From a virus (lineage: Duplodnaviria > Caudoviricetes), in the IMG/VR virus record IMGVR_UViG_3300022923_000005, positions 1 through 64,000 of that record: a stretch of 64,000 nucleotides of DNA. One strand, given 5' to 3'. Positions 46,774 to 56,100 of the stretch are shown one piece after another. The position numbers and the translations under genes are program-made. A model generated the notes under the pieces. It did no database searches. It saw only the letters and a list, made by a program, of their open reading frames with translations, and had not been told where the DNA came from. Within the stretch, counting starts at the first letter, position 1. Every line of letters starts with the position of its first letter.

Positions 46774-47379
46774 CAGATTTTCAACCTGTGCATACAACTG
46801 ATCAATAGATCCATTGTTCTCAACTACAGCATCAAACTTACTATTAATCCACGCCCATTCGCTAGGATGTATTTTTTGCTGTTTCATTTCGTTGATGTGA
46901 GAATTTGATCCTTCATTTGCTTGTTGTGCAGTTACGTACCAACTAGGTAAATCTCCACGTTTTACCCAAATAACTTTACCGCCTGCTTCGTGTATAACTT
47001 TAACTTCATTAGGAAATCTACAATCGCTAATAACAACATCATCTGTGCTATTACGTAATTTGTTCTCCAAACTTGCTACCCAAATATCATCGTGAAAGCC
47101 TTTTCTAGCAACTTCTGTACCCCAATATTGCAATACCCATCTTGGTGTTAAAGTTGGCATATCTAGTCGCTCTGCCCACCACGGGTCTATTTGTTCACGC
47201 CATTCACGAGCTTCTTTAGATCTACCTTCGAGCATTTCTCTATCCCAACCAAAAACGTAGGACACTGCATCTTTCAGTGTTCCTGCAAAACTTTCTCTTC
47301 TAAAGCCGTGATCGTTTGTTAGATAATCTGCTACTGTGTCTTTGCCGCAGCCAATAAAGCCGCAAATGCCTATAATCAT
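46756..47379 (-). CDS. gp1: deoxynucleoside monophosphate kinase
   Basis: IIGICGFIGCGKDT, SFA..LKD, TPRWVLQYWGTE, DCRFPNE and HPSE motifs. Confidence 0.93.
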   Translation of the reverse strand: MIIGICGFIGCGKDTVADYLTNDHGFRRESFAGTLKDAVSYVFGWDREMLEGRSKEAREWREQIDPWWAERLDMPTLTPRWVLQYWGTEVARKGFHDDIWVASLENKLRNSTDDVVISDCRFPNEVKVIHEAGGKVIWVKRGDLPSWYVTAQQANEGSNSHINEMKQQKIHPSEWAWINSKFDAVVENNGSIDQLYAQVENLLVVSH

Positions 47380-47407
47380 AAATGATATCTCCTAAGTAAT
47401 ACTATAC

Positions 47408-47435
47408 ATTATAGCATCACTTACAGGAATGTCAA
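47408..47435 (-). promoter_or_regulatory. sigma70-type promoter for the dNMP kinase
   Basis: TTGACA (47430-47435), 16-nt spacer, TGcTATAAT (-10 at 47408-47413). TAGGAG ribosome-binding site downstream. Confidence 0.7.
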
Positions 47436-47437
47436 GT

Positions 47438-47776
47438 CTAAATATAAGGTCTTGGCTGTCCGCCTTTGCCCGTATTAAGTTTACGTGCTAACACACTTGC
47501 TGTGTTAATGGACTTAGTTCTTTGTTGTCTACGTACTGCTGTAGGTCCAGTTCTAGCTCTGGTTGTCTTCATTTTTTGTGCTTTAGCAACATTATATTGT
47601 TGATGACATTTGGACGGATGACTTACTTGTCTACCTGCTCGTGGTCCTGATGAGCAACGAAAACGCAATTTGGTTTTTCCGCCTTTGGCAGTACCAGTTG
47701 TTCTACCCCAAACCATTTTGGCAGTCTCAGTGTAAAACTGTTCGTATTCTTCTGCTATAAATTCTGTTGCTTTCAT
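47438..47776 (-). CDS. basic protein with capsid-targeting-like N-terminus
   Basis: Begins MKATEFIAE; Arg/Lys-rich body. Confidence 0.7.
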   Translation of the reverse strand: MKATEFIAEEYEQFYTETAKMVWGRTTGTAKGGKTKLRFRCSSGPRAGRQVSHPSKCHQQYNVAKAQKMKTTRARTGPTAVRRQQRTKSINTASVLARKLNTGKGGQPRPYI

Positions 47777-48534
47777 TATCCGTTAATCCAATAGTATCCC
47801 TGTCCGCCTGGTACAAGTGTTACTAGTTCTGCTGTAAGTCTTTCAATATCTGAAAAACCTTCTTGCTTAATACTAGCACCATTAAGTGCAGTACCGCCTT
47901 GTGGTCCTGCAATACTAGCAAACTTTTCTCTTGCTTGTCCTAACATAACTTTACAGTTTGCAAGTGTATAATCTCTTATCCACTGTCCTGCATACTGATC
48001 ATTTATGATAGTGTAATCAGGCTTATTATTGTAACACCATAGGAGTACTTGTTCTTCTCCTCTTGGGCGTTGCATAATAATTAGTTTCTTGCTTTGTGGG
48101 TTCCAAGTAAAGTTGATAAATGAACCAAACATTTTACCTACTAGTTCTTGGTATCCTGCAAATAATTCGTATGTAGCAAGTCCACCCATATTTGTTGAAC
48201 TTAACAAATATGTGTTTGTGTATGCTAAGTTGAAGGGTTCAAAAACTGTACCACCAGTTCCATTACCTGTACGTGAACCAACTGAACGTCTAAAAATTTG
48301 TCTTACTTGCTGTATTTCATCAGGCAAAATATAATCATTCTTTTCTTTTTCAAGTGTTAGAGTGATGTAACTTTCTTCAACAGCATTATCAGATCTTTGT
48401 TTAAAAACACCTAATGCACGTTTAAGTCCTGTTTCATAGTGTACAGGATCTAGTTCGACGTCGATCATACCATCGCCGAGCATTGCTTTTACGTAATCAA
48501 ATACTTCTTGTTTTGCGTTGTCTATTTGGCTCAT
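47776..48534 (-). CDS. gp13: neck protein (T4 gp13-like)
   Basis: LG..MIDVELD, WIRDYTLA and KFASIAGPQGG..LNG motifs. Start 48534 by TAAATA-N5-ATG. Confidence 0.85.
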   Translation of the reverse strand: MSQIDNAKQEVFDYVKAMLGDGMIDVELDPVHYETGLKRALGVFKQRSDNAVEESYITLTLEKEKNDYILPDEIQQVRQIFRRSVGSRTGNGTGGTVFEPFNLAYTNTYLLSSTNMGGLATYELFAGYQELVGKMFGSFINFTWNPQSKKLIIMQRPRGEEQVLLWCYNNKPDYTIINDQYAGQWIRDYTLANCKVMLGQAREKFASIAGPQGGTALNGASIKQEGFSDIERLTAELVTLVPGGQGYYWING

Positions 48535-48578
48535 ATAAGTATTTATGCCTTGTGACGGAATAGGTAAATACATATACT

Positions 48579-49952
48579 ATGCCAAGACTGAGTTTATACC
48601 GTCCCGAGAAGGGAAACGACTACAAATTTATTGATAAAACTGCCTGGGAGATGTTCCAAGTTGGTGGTACCGATGTGCTTATACACCGCTATCTAGGACC
48701 TGGAACTAGCAGGGAAGAAACTCCTACTACACCTAAATATAACGCAAATGATCCTACAAATATTCAGGATATGTTATTCCTTGAAAATAGAGATCGTAAG
48801 TATGATCCTGATGTATATGTTTTACGTGGAGTATATAATGTAAATGATGTAGATTTTAATCTTAGTCAGTTTGGCTTGTTTTTACAAAACGACACATTGT
48901 TCATTACATTTCATATTAATGACACTGTTGAAAAATTAGGCAGAAAACTTATTGCAGGTGATGTAATTGAATTACCACACTTAAAGGACGAGTATGCATT
49001 AAATGATTTAAATTATGCACTCAAAAGATTTTATGTAATTGAAGATGTAAACAGAGCAGCAGAAGGTTTTTCTGTAACTTGGTATCCTCATTTATACAGA
49101 GCAAAATGTAAACCACTAGTAGACGCACAAGAGTTTAAAGATATTCTTGATGCTGTTGCAGGAGAAGAAAATAATAAAGGCGAATACAATGCCAATTCAA
49201 CTTACTTCCCTGGAGACATTGTTTCTTACAATGGAGAAAAATACGAAGCACTTGCAGAAACTACTGCATCACCACCGGGCGGTGACTGGAAACTTGCAGA
49301 TACACTTAAAGACATTATGTCTACTTACGAAAAAGAAATGCAAATTACAGGAGCAGTTCTCGATCAAGCAGAAAAAGATGCTCCGCAAAGTGGTTATGAT
49401 ACAACTAAATTTTACACACTACAGCGTGACGAAGTTGGCAATGCCGAACTAGTTACAGCAGACGACACACAATTATTAATACCATCAACTGATAAGAATG
49501 GTAATCCTATATATGATGATAATGGTGATGAAGTTTACACAAGTTATACAGCAGATATGGTTGCGGCTAACGCAGAAATGTCTGGTTATGATGGTTATCT
49601 TGTAGGCGATGGAATACCACCAAACGGTGCACCATTTACACAAGGTATTGCTTTCCCAATGAATCCAGGAGAAGGACAATTCCATCTTAGAACAGATTAC
49701 AAACCAACAAGACTTTTCATATTTAAGAAAGGCAGATGGGGCAAGGTTGAGGATGATGTAAGAATGACAATGAGCCACTTAGGACCAAGCGATGTTGCAG
49801 CAGGTAAAGACTTTGCTGGACACGATGCTAGAGAAAACAAAGGTCTCAAATCAACATTTATTAATAACACTAACACACAAGTTATTGATGGTAAGACAGT
49901 TAAAGAAAAACAAAGTCTGTCTAAAGCACTTAAACCGGAGGCAGATGAATAA
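48579..49952 (+). CDS. gp14: neck protein (T4 gp14-like) with extensions
   Basis: LSQFGLF...D..FITF...GDVIELP core, divergent from gp13. Confidence 0.7.
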   Translation: MPRLSLYRPEKGNDYKFIDKTAWEMFQVGGTDVLIHRYLGPGTSREETPTTPKYNANDPTNIQDMLFLENRDRKYDPDVYVLRGVYNVNDVDFNLSQFGLFLQNDTLFITFHINDTVEKLGRKLIAGDVIELPHLKDEYALNDLNYALKRFYVIEDVNRAAEGFSVTWYPHLYRAKCKPLVDAQEFKDILDAVAGEENNKGEYNANSTYFPGDIVSYNGEKYEALAETTASPPGGDWKLADTLKDIMSTYEKEMQITGAVLDQAEKDAPQSGYDTTKFYTLQRDEVGNAELVTADDTQLLIPSTDKNGNPIYDDNGDEVYTSYTADMVAANAEMSGYDGYLVGDGIPPNGAPFTQGIAFPMNPGEGQFHLRTDYKPTRLFIFKKGRWGKVEDDVRMTMSHLGPSDVAAGKDFAGHDARENKGLKSTFINNTNTQVIDGKTVKEKQSLSKALKPEADE

Positions 49953-50131
49953 TGCGTATTGATGAAATATTAGGATTTGCAACAAGCAGACCAAAAAAAC
50001 ATACAGTGAAAAGACGGCCTCCTGAACCTGAAGAAGATTCAGTTGCTGTAAAAATTAAGCAACGTAGAGCAGCGGCAGCAAAAGGTGACGACAACGCATT
50101 TAAACATAATTTTAAAAAGGCAAGTAAGTAA
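49952..50131 (+). CDS. small basic protein (59 aa, MRIDEILG...)
   Basis: Read manually; TAATG overlaps at both ends. Confidence 0.7.
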   Translation: MRIDEILGFATSRPKKHTVKRRPPEPEEDSVAVKIKQRRAAAAKGDDNAFKHNFKKASK

Positions 50132-51585
50132 TGGATTTTTTCTATGACGGACAGATAAGAAGATATGTCACTCAGTTTATGCGTATCTTTATCGGCTTTA
50201 AGTATGAAGCAGGTGATGGTAAGCAACAAACTGTACCAGTGATGTATGGTGATCTTACACGTCAAGTAGCAAACATTATCAGAGAAAATTCTGAAAACAA
50301 AATGCCTACAGTTCCACGTATGGCTTGTTACGTAACAGGATTACAAACAGATCCAACTAGACTTTCTGATCCTACATTTACAAGTAAAGTAAACATAAGA
50401 GAACGTAGGTATACTGAACAAGACGATGGCACAAGAACATATACAGGCGAACAAGGTAAGAATGTAACTGTAGAAAGACTTATGCCAACACCGTATTCTT
50501 TATCTATGAAAGCAGATATATGGACAAGTAATACAGATCAAAAATTACAATTGCTAGAACAGATACTAGTGTTGTTTAATCCTGCTCTAGAAATACAAAC
50601 AACAGATAATTATGTTGACTGGACAAGTTTAAGTGTTGTATATTTAGATAGTACAAACTTTAGTTCAAGATCAATTCCTGCAGGTACAGAATCAGATATT
50701 GATATTTGTAGTTTAGATTTTACAATTCCAATTTGGATTTCTCCACCAGTTAAAGTAAAAAAACTAGGTGTTATTAGAAGTATTATTGCAAACATATTTA
50801 CTGAAGATGGTGATGTTAAAAACATTAGTTCGCTTGTTTATAACGGTGACGGTAGTAATACAGTTTATGTCAATCCAAGATTTCCTGTATTACTGTTTAA
50901 GGCTAATAACAATCAACCATACGATTACGAACTAACAATTATTGATCCATATGCAGCAATTGAAAGCGTAGGTCTTGGCGAAAAAGAATCTGTTGCTAAT
51001 AATAAACAGTATGATTGGAATGCCATACTTACACGTTTAGGTAATTTCAATGCAAACAGTGTAATTTATTTTAGACAACCTAATGGAACAGAAATGGCAG
51101 GCACATTTGCAATTCATCCAACAGACCCTAAAATATTATTAGTTACATTTGACCAAGATACTATTCCGTCTAATACAATTATAGAAGGAACTAGAGCAGC
51201 AGCACAAAGCACAAGTATTGATGCTATTGTTAATCCAACTACATTTAATCCTATTGACAAATGGAATGGCTTAGCAAATATACCTGTTGGCACTAGATAT
51301 CTTTTATTAGAAAGTGTAGGCGACCCAGACAGTGTAAGTCCAGATGCTTGGAAGGGCACTGACGGTTCAACACAAACATCGTATCAATTGTTACAAAATA
51401 ACATTGTAGAATGGGACGGTTCTAGTTGGAACACAGTATTTGACACTGCAAAAGCAGCAGATACAACATATGTAACAAACATTAGAACAGGTATTCAATA
51501 TAAATGGGATGGCATACAGTGGTTAAAATCATTTGAAGGCGAATATTCACCAGGATATTGGAGACTTGATCCAGACCCTGCATAA
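50131..51585 (+). CDS. gp15: tail terminator / sheath stabiliser (T4 gp15-like) with C-terminal extension
   Basis: FFYDGQIRRY, VPVMYG, PRM, MPTPY and QLLEQILVLFNP motifs. Confidence 0.85.
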   Translation: MDFFYDGQIRRYVTQFMRIFIGFKYEAGDGKQQTVPVMYGDLTRQVANIIRENSENKMPTVPRMACYVTGLQTDPTRLSDPTFTSKVNIRERRYTEQDDGTRTYTGEQGKNVTVERLMPTPYSLSMKADIWTSNTDQKLQLLEQILVLFNPALEIQTTDNYVDWTSLSVVYLDSTNFSSRSIPAGTESDIDICSLDFTIPIWISPPVKVKKLGVIRSIIANIFTEDGDVKNISSLVYNGDGSNTVYVNPRFPVLLFKANNNQPYDYELTIIDPYAAIESVGLGEKESVANNKQYDWNAILTRLGNFNANSVIYFRQPNGTEMAGTFAIHPTDPKILLVTFDQDTIPSNTIIEGTRAAAQSTSIDAIVNPTTFNPIDKWNGLANIPVGTRYLLLESVGDPDSVSPDAWKGTDGSTQTSYQLLQNNIVEWDGSSWNTVFDTAKAADTTYVTNIRTGIQYKWDGIQWLKSFEGEYSPGYWRLDPDPA

Positions 51586-51593
51586 TTAATAGT

Positions 51594-51974
51594 ATGCAAA
51601 AACGTGCCGGACTTTTATTTTTATCTAAAGTAGAAAAAAGAATACTGCTTATTCTTGAGAAAGAAAAGTGGACTGTACCTACATTTGCAAGAAATAAATC
51701 ATTGTTTGAAGATAGTAAACAAGCGATGGTAGATTTTTCAGAAGGCAAAATTTTACCTATTGAACTTTATCTATCAAGAGATAAAGGTTTTGAATATAGC
51801 ACATATATTTGTTTAGTAGATAATGAATTTATGCCAACTGTTGTAGACACTTTTTGCTGGGCAACACTAGAACACTTGCCCAAAAATATACATAATGGTC
51901 TGAGAAATACTTTAAATAATAATTTAATTAGGACCAAAATAGAAACCGTATTGGAGTTAGAAAATGCTTCTTAA
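51594..51974 (+). CDS. hypothetical protein (degenerate Nudix-like fold possible)
   Basis: AGLLF...RILL..W N-terminus, but no intact Nudix box. Confidence 0.55.
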   Translation: MQKRAGLLFLSKVEKRILLILEKEKWTVPTFARNKSLFEDSKQAMVDFSEGKILPIELYLSRDKGFEYSTYICLVDNEFMPTVVDTFCWATLEHLPKNIHNGLRNTLNNNLIRTKIETVLELENAS

Positions 51975-52224
51975 AGAGAATCCGAGATATTTGCAAGAGA
52001 AAAAAATGTTTCAAGATAGAATTAATAATATGCCTGACGGTGAAGCAAAATTAAGGTCGACAAATTTGTTAAGACAACTAGAGGGCGAAGTACAAGAATT
52101 AGATAGATGGCACGAGCAACTACTAATGAATTCTGAAACTGCTAAAAAGTTTAATCAAGATGATACAAGAGATATTATTTCTAGTATTAGAAAACAAATT
52201 GATGATTTAACTAAAAACTTCTAA
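51964..52224 (+). CDS. hypothetical protein
   Basis: 86-aa ORF with GGAG upstream. Confidence 0.7.
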   Translation: MLLKENPRYLQEKKMFQDRINNMPDGEAKLRSTNLLRQLEGEVQELDRWHEQLLMNSETAKKFNQDDTRDIISSIRKQIDDLTKNF

Positions 52225-53087
52225 AGCGAAGCAATATCTTTAATAAACAAACTTCCAACCATTGCAGCGTGGCTTGTACACTGATATCTGTATCCGCCTG
52301 ATATACTAGAAGGAATCTTAAAGTATAATGTTCCGCTTGTTTGTGCATTAGCACTTGTACCTGTAGTAACTACTCCACTTGTTGAAACGTGTACTAAACC
52401 AGCACCTGTATATGGATTACCAATCGGGTCTTGAATTTGGAAAGGATGTGATGAACCTTGTTGTAAATCAAATGCAATTGTTGTTCCGTTAATACAATAA
52501 ACAGTTGGATTGTCACTAGCACCATATTGATCAAATCTATATGACGAATTACCGCTGTTAGTAACAACCAATCTAGTAATTGCAGGTAAGTAGATTGAAC
52601 CTAAATTTAAACTTGCACTTTGTACATCTGTTAGTGTACCAAAAGTAGGTGCTCCAGCAGTTGATGTAATTGTAACACTGTCTGTACCATTTGTTGAAAG
52701 TGAAATACCTGACCCAGCAACTAAATTTAATGTATCAGTAACTGCATCTGCTGCAACTGTAGTTGAGCCTGATACTGCAATATTACTGAATGCATTCTGG
52801 TTAACATCACCGCCGCCACCACCTGCTTGGCCGTTAATGGTTACACTTTTTCCTGCTGCATCTGTAGTGATAACAATGTTAGAACCTGCAACAACTGTAA
52901 GAGTATCTTGTCCTGATCCTGCTACAACATCGTCTTGTCCTGCTACTGCAACTGTCTTAAAAGTGTTCGGAGTAACATTGGCTGTACTTGTAACTAAGTT
53001 CCAAGATGTACCATTCCATTGCCACGATGTATCGCCGTCAGTAAACGTATCGTCTAACGCTGGTGTGTTTGGAAAGTTTATAGCCAT
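52221..53087 (-). CDS. virion structural protein with C-terminal cupredoxin-like domain
   Basis: MAINFP..P...W.WNGTSW start, two F..(I/V)AV.G...DTL..VAG repeats, HPF...YQCTSHAAM end. Confidence 0.7.
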   Translation of the reverse strand: MAINFPNTPALDDTFTDGDTSWQWNGTSWNLVTSTANVTPNTFKTVAVAGQDDVVAGSGQDTLTVVAGSNIVITTDAAGKSVTINGQAGGGGGDVNQNAFSNIAVSGSTTVAADAVTDTLNLVAGSGISLSTNGTDSVTITSTAGAPTFGTLTDVQSASLNLGSIYLPAITRLVVTNSGNSSYRFDQYGASDNPTVYCINGTTIAFDLQQGSSHPFQIQDPIGNPYTGAGLVHVSTSGVVTTGTSANAQTSGTLYFKIPSSISGGYRYQCTSHAAMVGSLFIKDIASL

Positions 53088-53108
53088 ATAATATTACCTC
53101 GTATGTAT

Positions 53109-56100
53109 TTATGTGTTTACTGTAATTGTGTTATTCATACCACCGTGTATGCTACACTGATAATAGTATGTTCCTGTACTAGCAATAGTCCAATTTAATT
53201 GGCTTGTTCCTTGTCCTGAAACATCTGCTACTTGATTACCTAGTCCAGCACCTTGTGTAGTTTTTATATAGAATGGGTGTCCACTAGCAGTATCAGAATT
53301 AACTACAAACTGTACTTTATCTCCTGTATTAAATGTTAAAGCAGGCTGCGATGCACTTGCAAAAGATCCGCTTCTATCAGTACCGCTTAACAAATAATTG
53401 TTTCCGCTATTCTCTACTGTAATTGTGTAATCAGGAACAAATGTAACTGATGTATCTACAATATTAATATTGACACTTAATGCACCTGTTGAAGTTCCAT
53501 TACTATCAGTAGCACCTAGTGTAAATGTAAGTGTTTCAGCACCTTCAGTTGTAGTATCTTCTTTTAGTGTCACTGCAAGACTAGCACTGTTGGCAGTCAT
53601 TGTCAAATTACCACTTAATGGAGTATCTGTGTCTCCTGGATTTGAAATACCTGTAATAGTATATGGTACTGTTGTGTTTTCCGGAATATTAGTACCTTGT
53701 AGAGTAAATGTTACAGTTTCGCCTTCATTTATTGAACCATTGCCTGAGTCATTAAGTAGGTTAGTGTAAACAGGAGTTCTACTAGTATCTTGAATATTAA
53801 TTGTATGAGTATCCTCTCCGTTATCCAAACTTACAAGCATAACCTCTGTACCTTCTGTACTTAAATCTGCTGCAAGTGTCCAACTTACTTGTGCTGTATT
53901 GTTGTTTACTGTAAAATTACCAAGTGTTGTACCGCTCGTAAAGTCACTAGCAATGGCGCCTGTAACGCTGTATGCGACCTCTGTAGCGTCATCTACGTTA
54001 GTAGTAGTCAAAGTTACTGTAATTGTATCGCCTTCGTTTGCGCTTGTAGGACCAGATAGTGTATATGTTGGGTCTGGTGTTGGCGGAGTGATGCTTGTAT
54101 CATTTACTGTAACATCGTGGAAGTCTTCACCATTATCCAAACTTAGTCTAATTGTTTCAGCACCTTCTGTTGTGCTGTCTTCTGCAAACGTAACTGCTAA
54201 AGTATCAGTATTATTAGTAATTGTAAAGTTACCAGTCAAAGAAGCCGGAGTATCTGATACATATCCCGATGCTCCTGCAACTGTCGGATCGCCTGTGTCA
54301 CCGTCTTGGAATATATTTCTAATTGTTGTCAACGAAGGCTTACTAATAACAGGAGCAATATATGTATTATGTAATGCGTAACCTAATGGGTTATTTGTTT
54401 GTATACCAGACGGTGTACGCATATCGTCTGTCCATTCAGGAGCAAGGCTTCCACCATCCCATAGACTCGAGTATTCAAACATACCAAAGTTTAGTAGGAA
54501 CAAATATTCCTTAGCCGCTACTTCAAATGCATCTCCATCAGTCTTCCAAGCGTTTCCGCCATATCCTGATGAATCCCATTTGCCTGCATCGTATGCTTCT
54601 TCCATAGCCTCATATAGTGGACCACTTGCCCAGTCTGTACTAATATATGGATACATCTTTAATGATACTGCGTCAAGACCGTGCATATGTAATGTATGAA
54701 ATACGTGTTCAATTACTTCTTGTGCATCATTGTCGCCGTCTCCAGGGGCATCACCAGTTGAGTTTAGATACCAAACCATATCGTTGGCAACGTGACTATC
54801 AAATAGTGGTGACAAGTTATAAGAAGCAATACCTGCATCAGTTAAGAAGTTTGGTGTGTAATCAGCACCAGCACCTCTTGCTACTCGTTGTAACGTTGGG
54901 CCAACTGCTGCGTGATAAGTTCCTGCGTCACCACTTAGCGTTTTAATAAATGTACGCTGTGATGTTTCGTTAATGCCTGCACCATTTGGATCTGTAAACA
55001 ATTCAAACATACGTGCTACCTTTTCAACAAAGGCATCAGGCACTGCTGTTTGGCCGCCGACAGTTCCTGCCGCCACAATTCTTACACCATTAACTGTAAC
55101 TTCTCTACTAAAGAAATCGCTACCATCGCCAGTAAGATCAATAATTGCACCGTTGTTGTATTGTGCATCTATATTGTAACCACCTATATCTGCAAGAGTA
55201 ACTCCTGTAATCGTGTAAGGAATAAGCGTTCCATCTGGTATTTGTGTAGTTGTTAATGTAAATGTAACTGTGTCGCCTTCGTTTACATTTGGTACATCTG
55301 AACTTAGTGTATAAGTTGCTGCTGGAGGTGTAACACTTGTATCATTAATTGTTACTGCCTGAGACGCTTGACCGTTAAGCAATGATAAAGTTAATGTTTC
55401 TGCACCTTCAGTTGTAAGATCGTTTGCAAGTGTAAATGCTGCTGTTGCAGTATTACTTGTAACAGTGAATACTCCTGATAGTGATCCGCTGCTTAAATCA
55501 CTTGACTGTATTCCACTTACAGCATAAGAAACTGTAACTCCGTCACCTAATCCTGTTGTTGTTAAAGTAAATGTAACTGTGCCGCCTTCATCTACATTTG
55601 TTACATCTGCTGCCAATGCGTAAGTAGCACTTGATGCTCCTGTTGTCATTGCAAATCCTGCAAATGATAAAGGTTGTTGACTGTATTTACTGTACAACAT
55701 TCTGTTAGGTGTACCCATTAAACTATTTTGATAAGAATCATAATCTGTGTCTTGTCCAGTTGTGTAAACTGTATCAATTTTTGCATCTGCATTTATTCTT
55801 GTTTGCATTTGTGCTGGCGTAATTGTTGGAAACAATTCTAAATGTTGTGCAATTACACCTGCTACTTGAGGTGCTGCCATACTAGTTCCGCCAATTGCTG
55901 TAATTTTAAAACTTGTATTTTCTGGGTAATCAAAATCTGAAAATCTATTAGTTGTACTTGTTGCAGCCATAATTTCTTGACCTGGTGCTAACATATTAAT
56001 TGCAGGTCCACGCGAACTTGAATCTGTAATAATATCTGTACCAGTTGGGCCAATTAATTCTTCAGTATGATAATCTATATTACCTACAATGTAGGTACCT

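Noticed and set aside
51594-51974. Active Nudix hydrolase
   Set aside because: The GX5EX7REUXEEXG box is absent.
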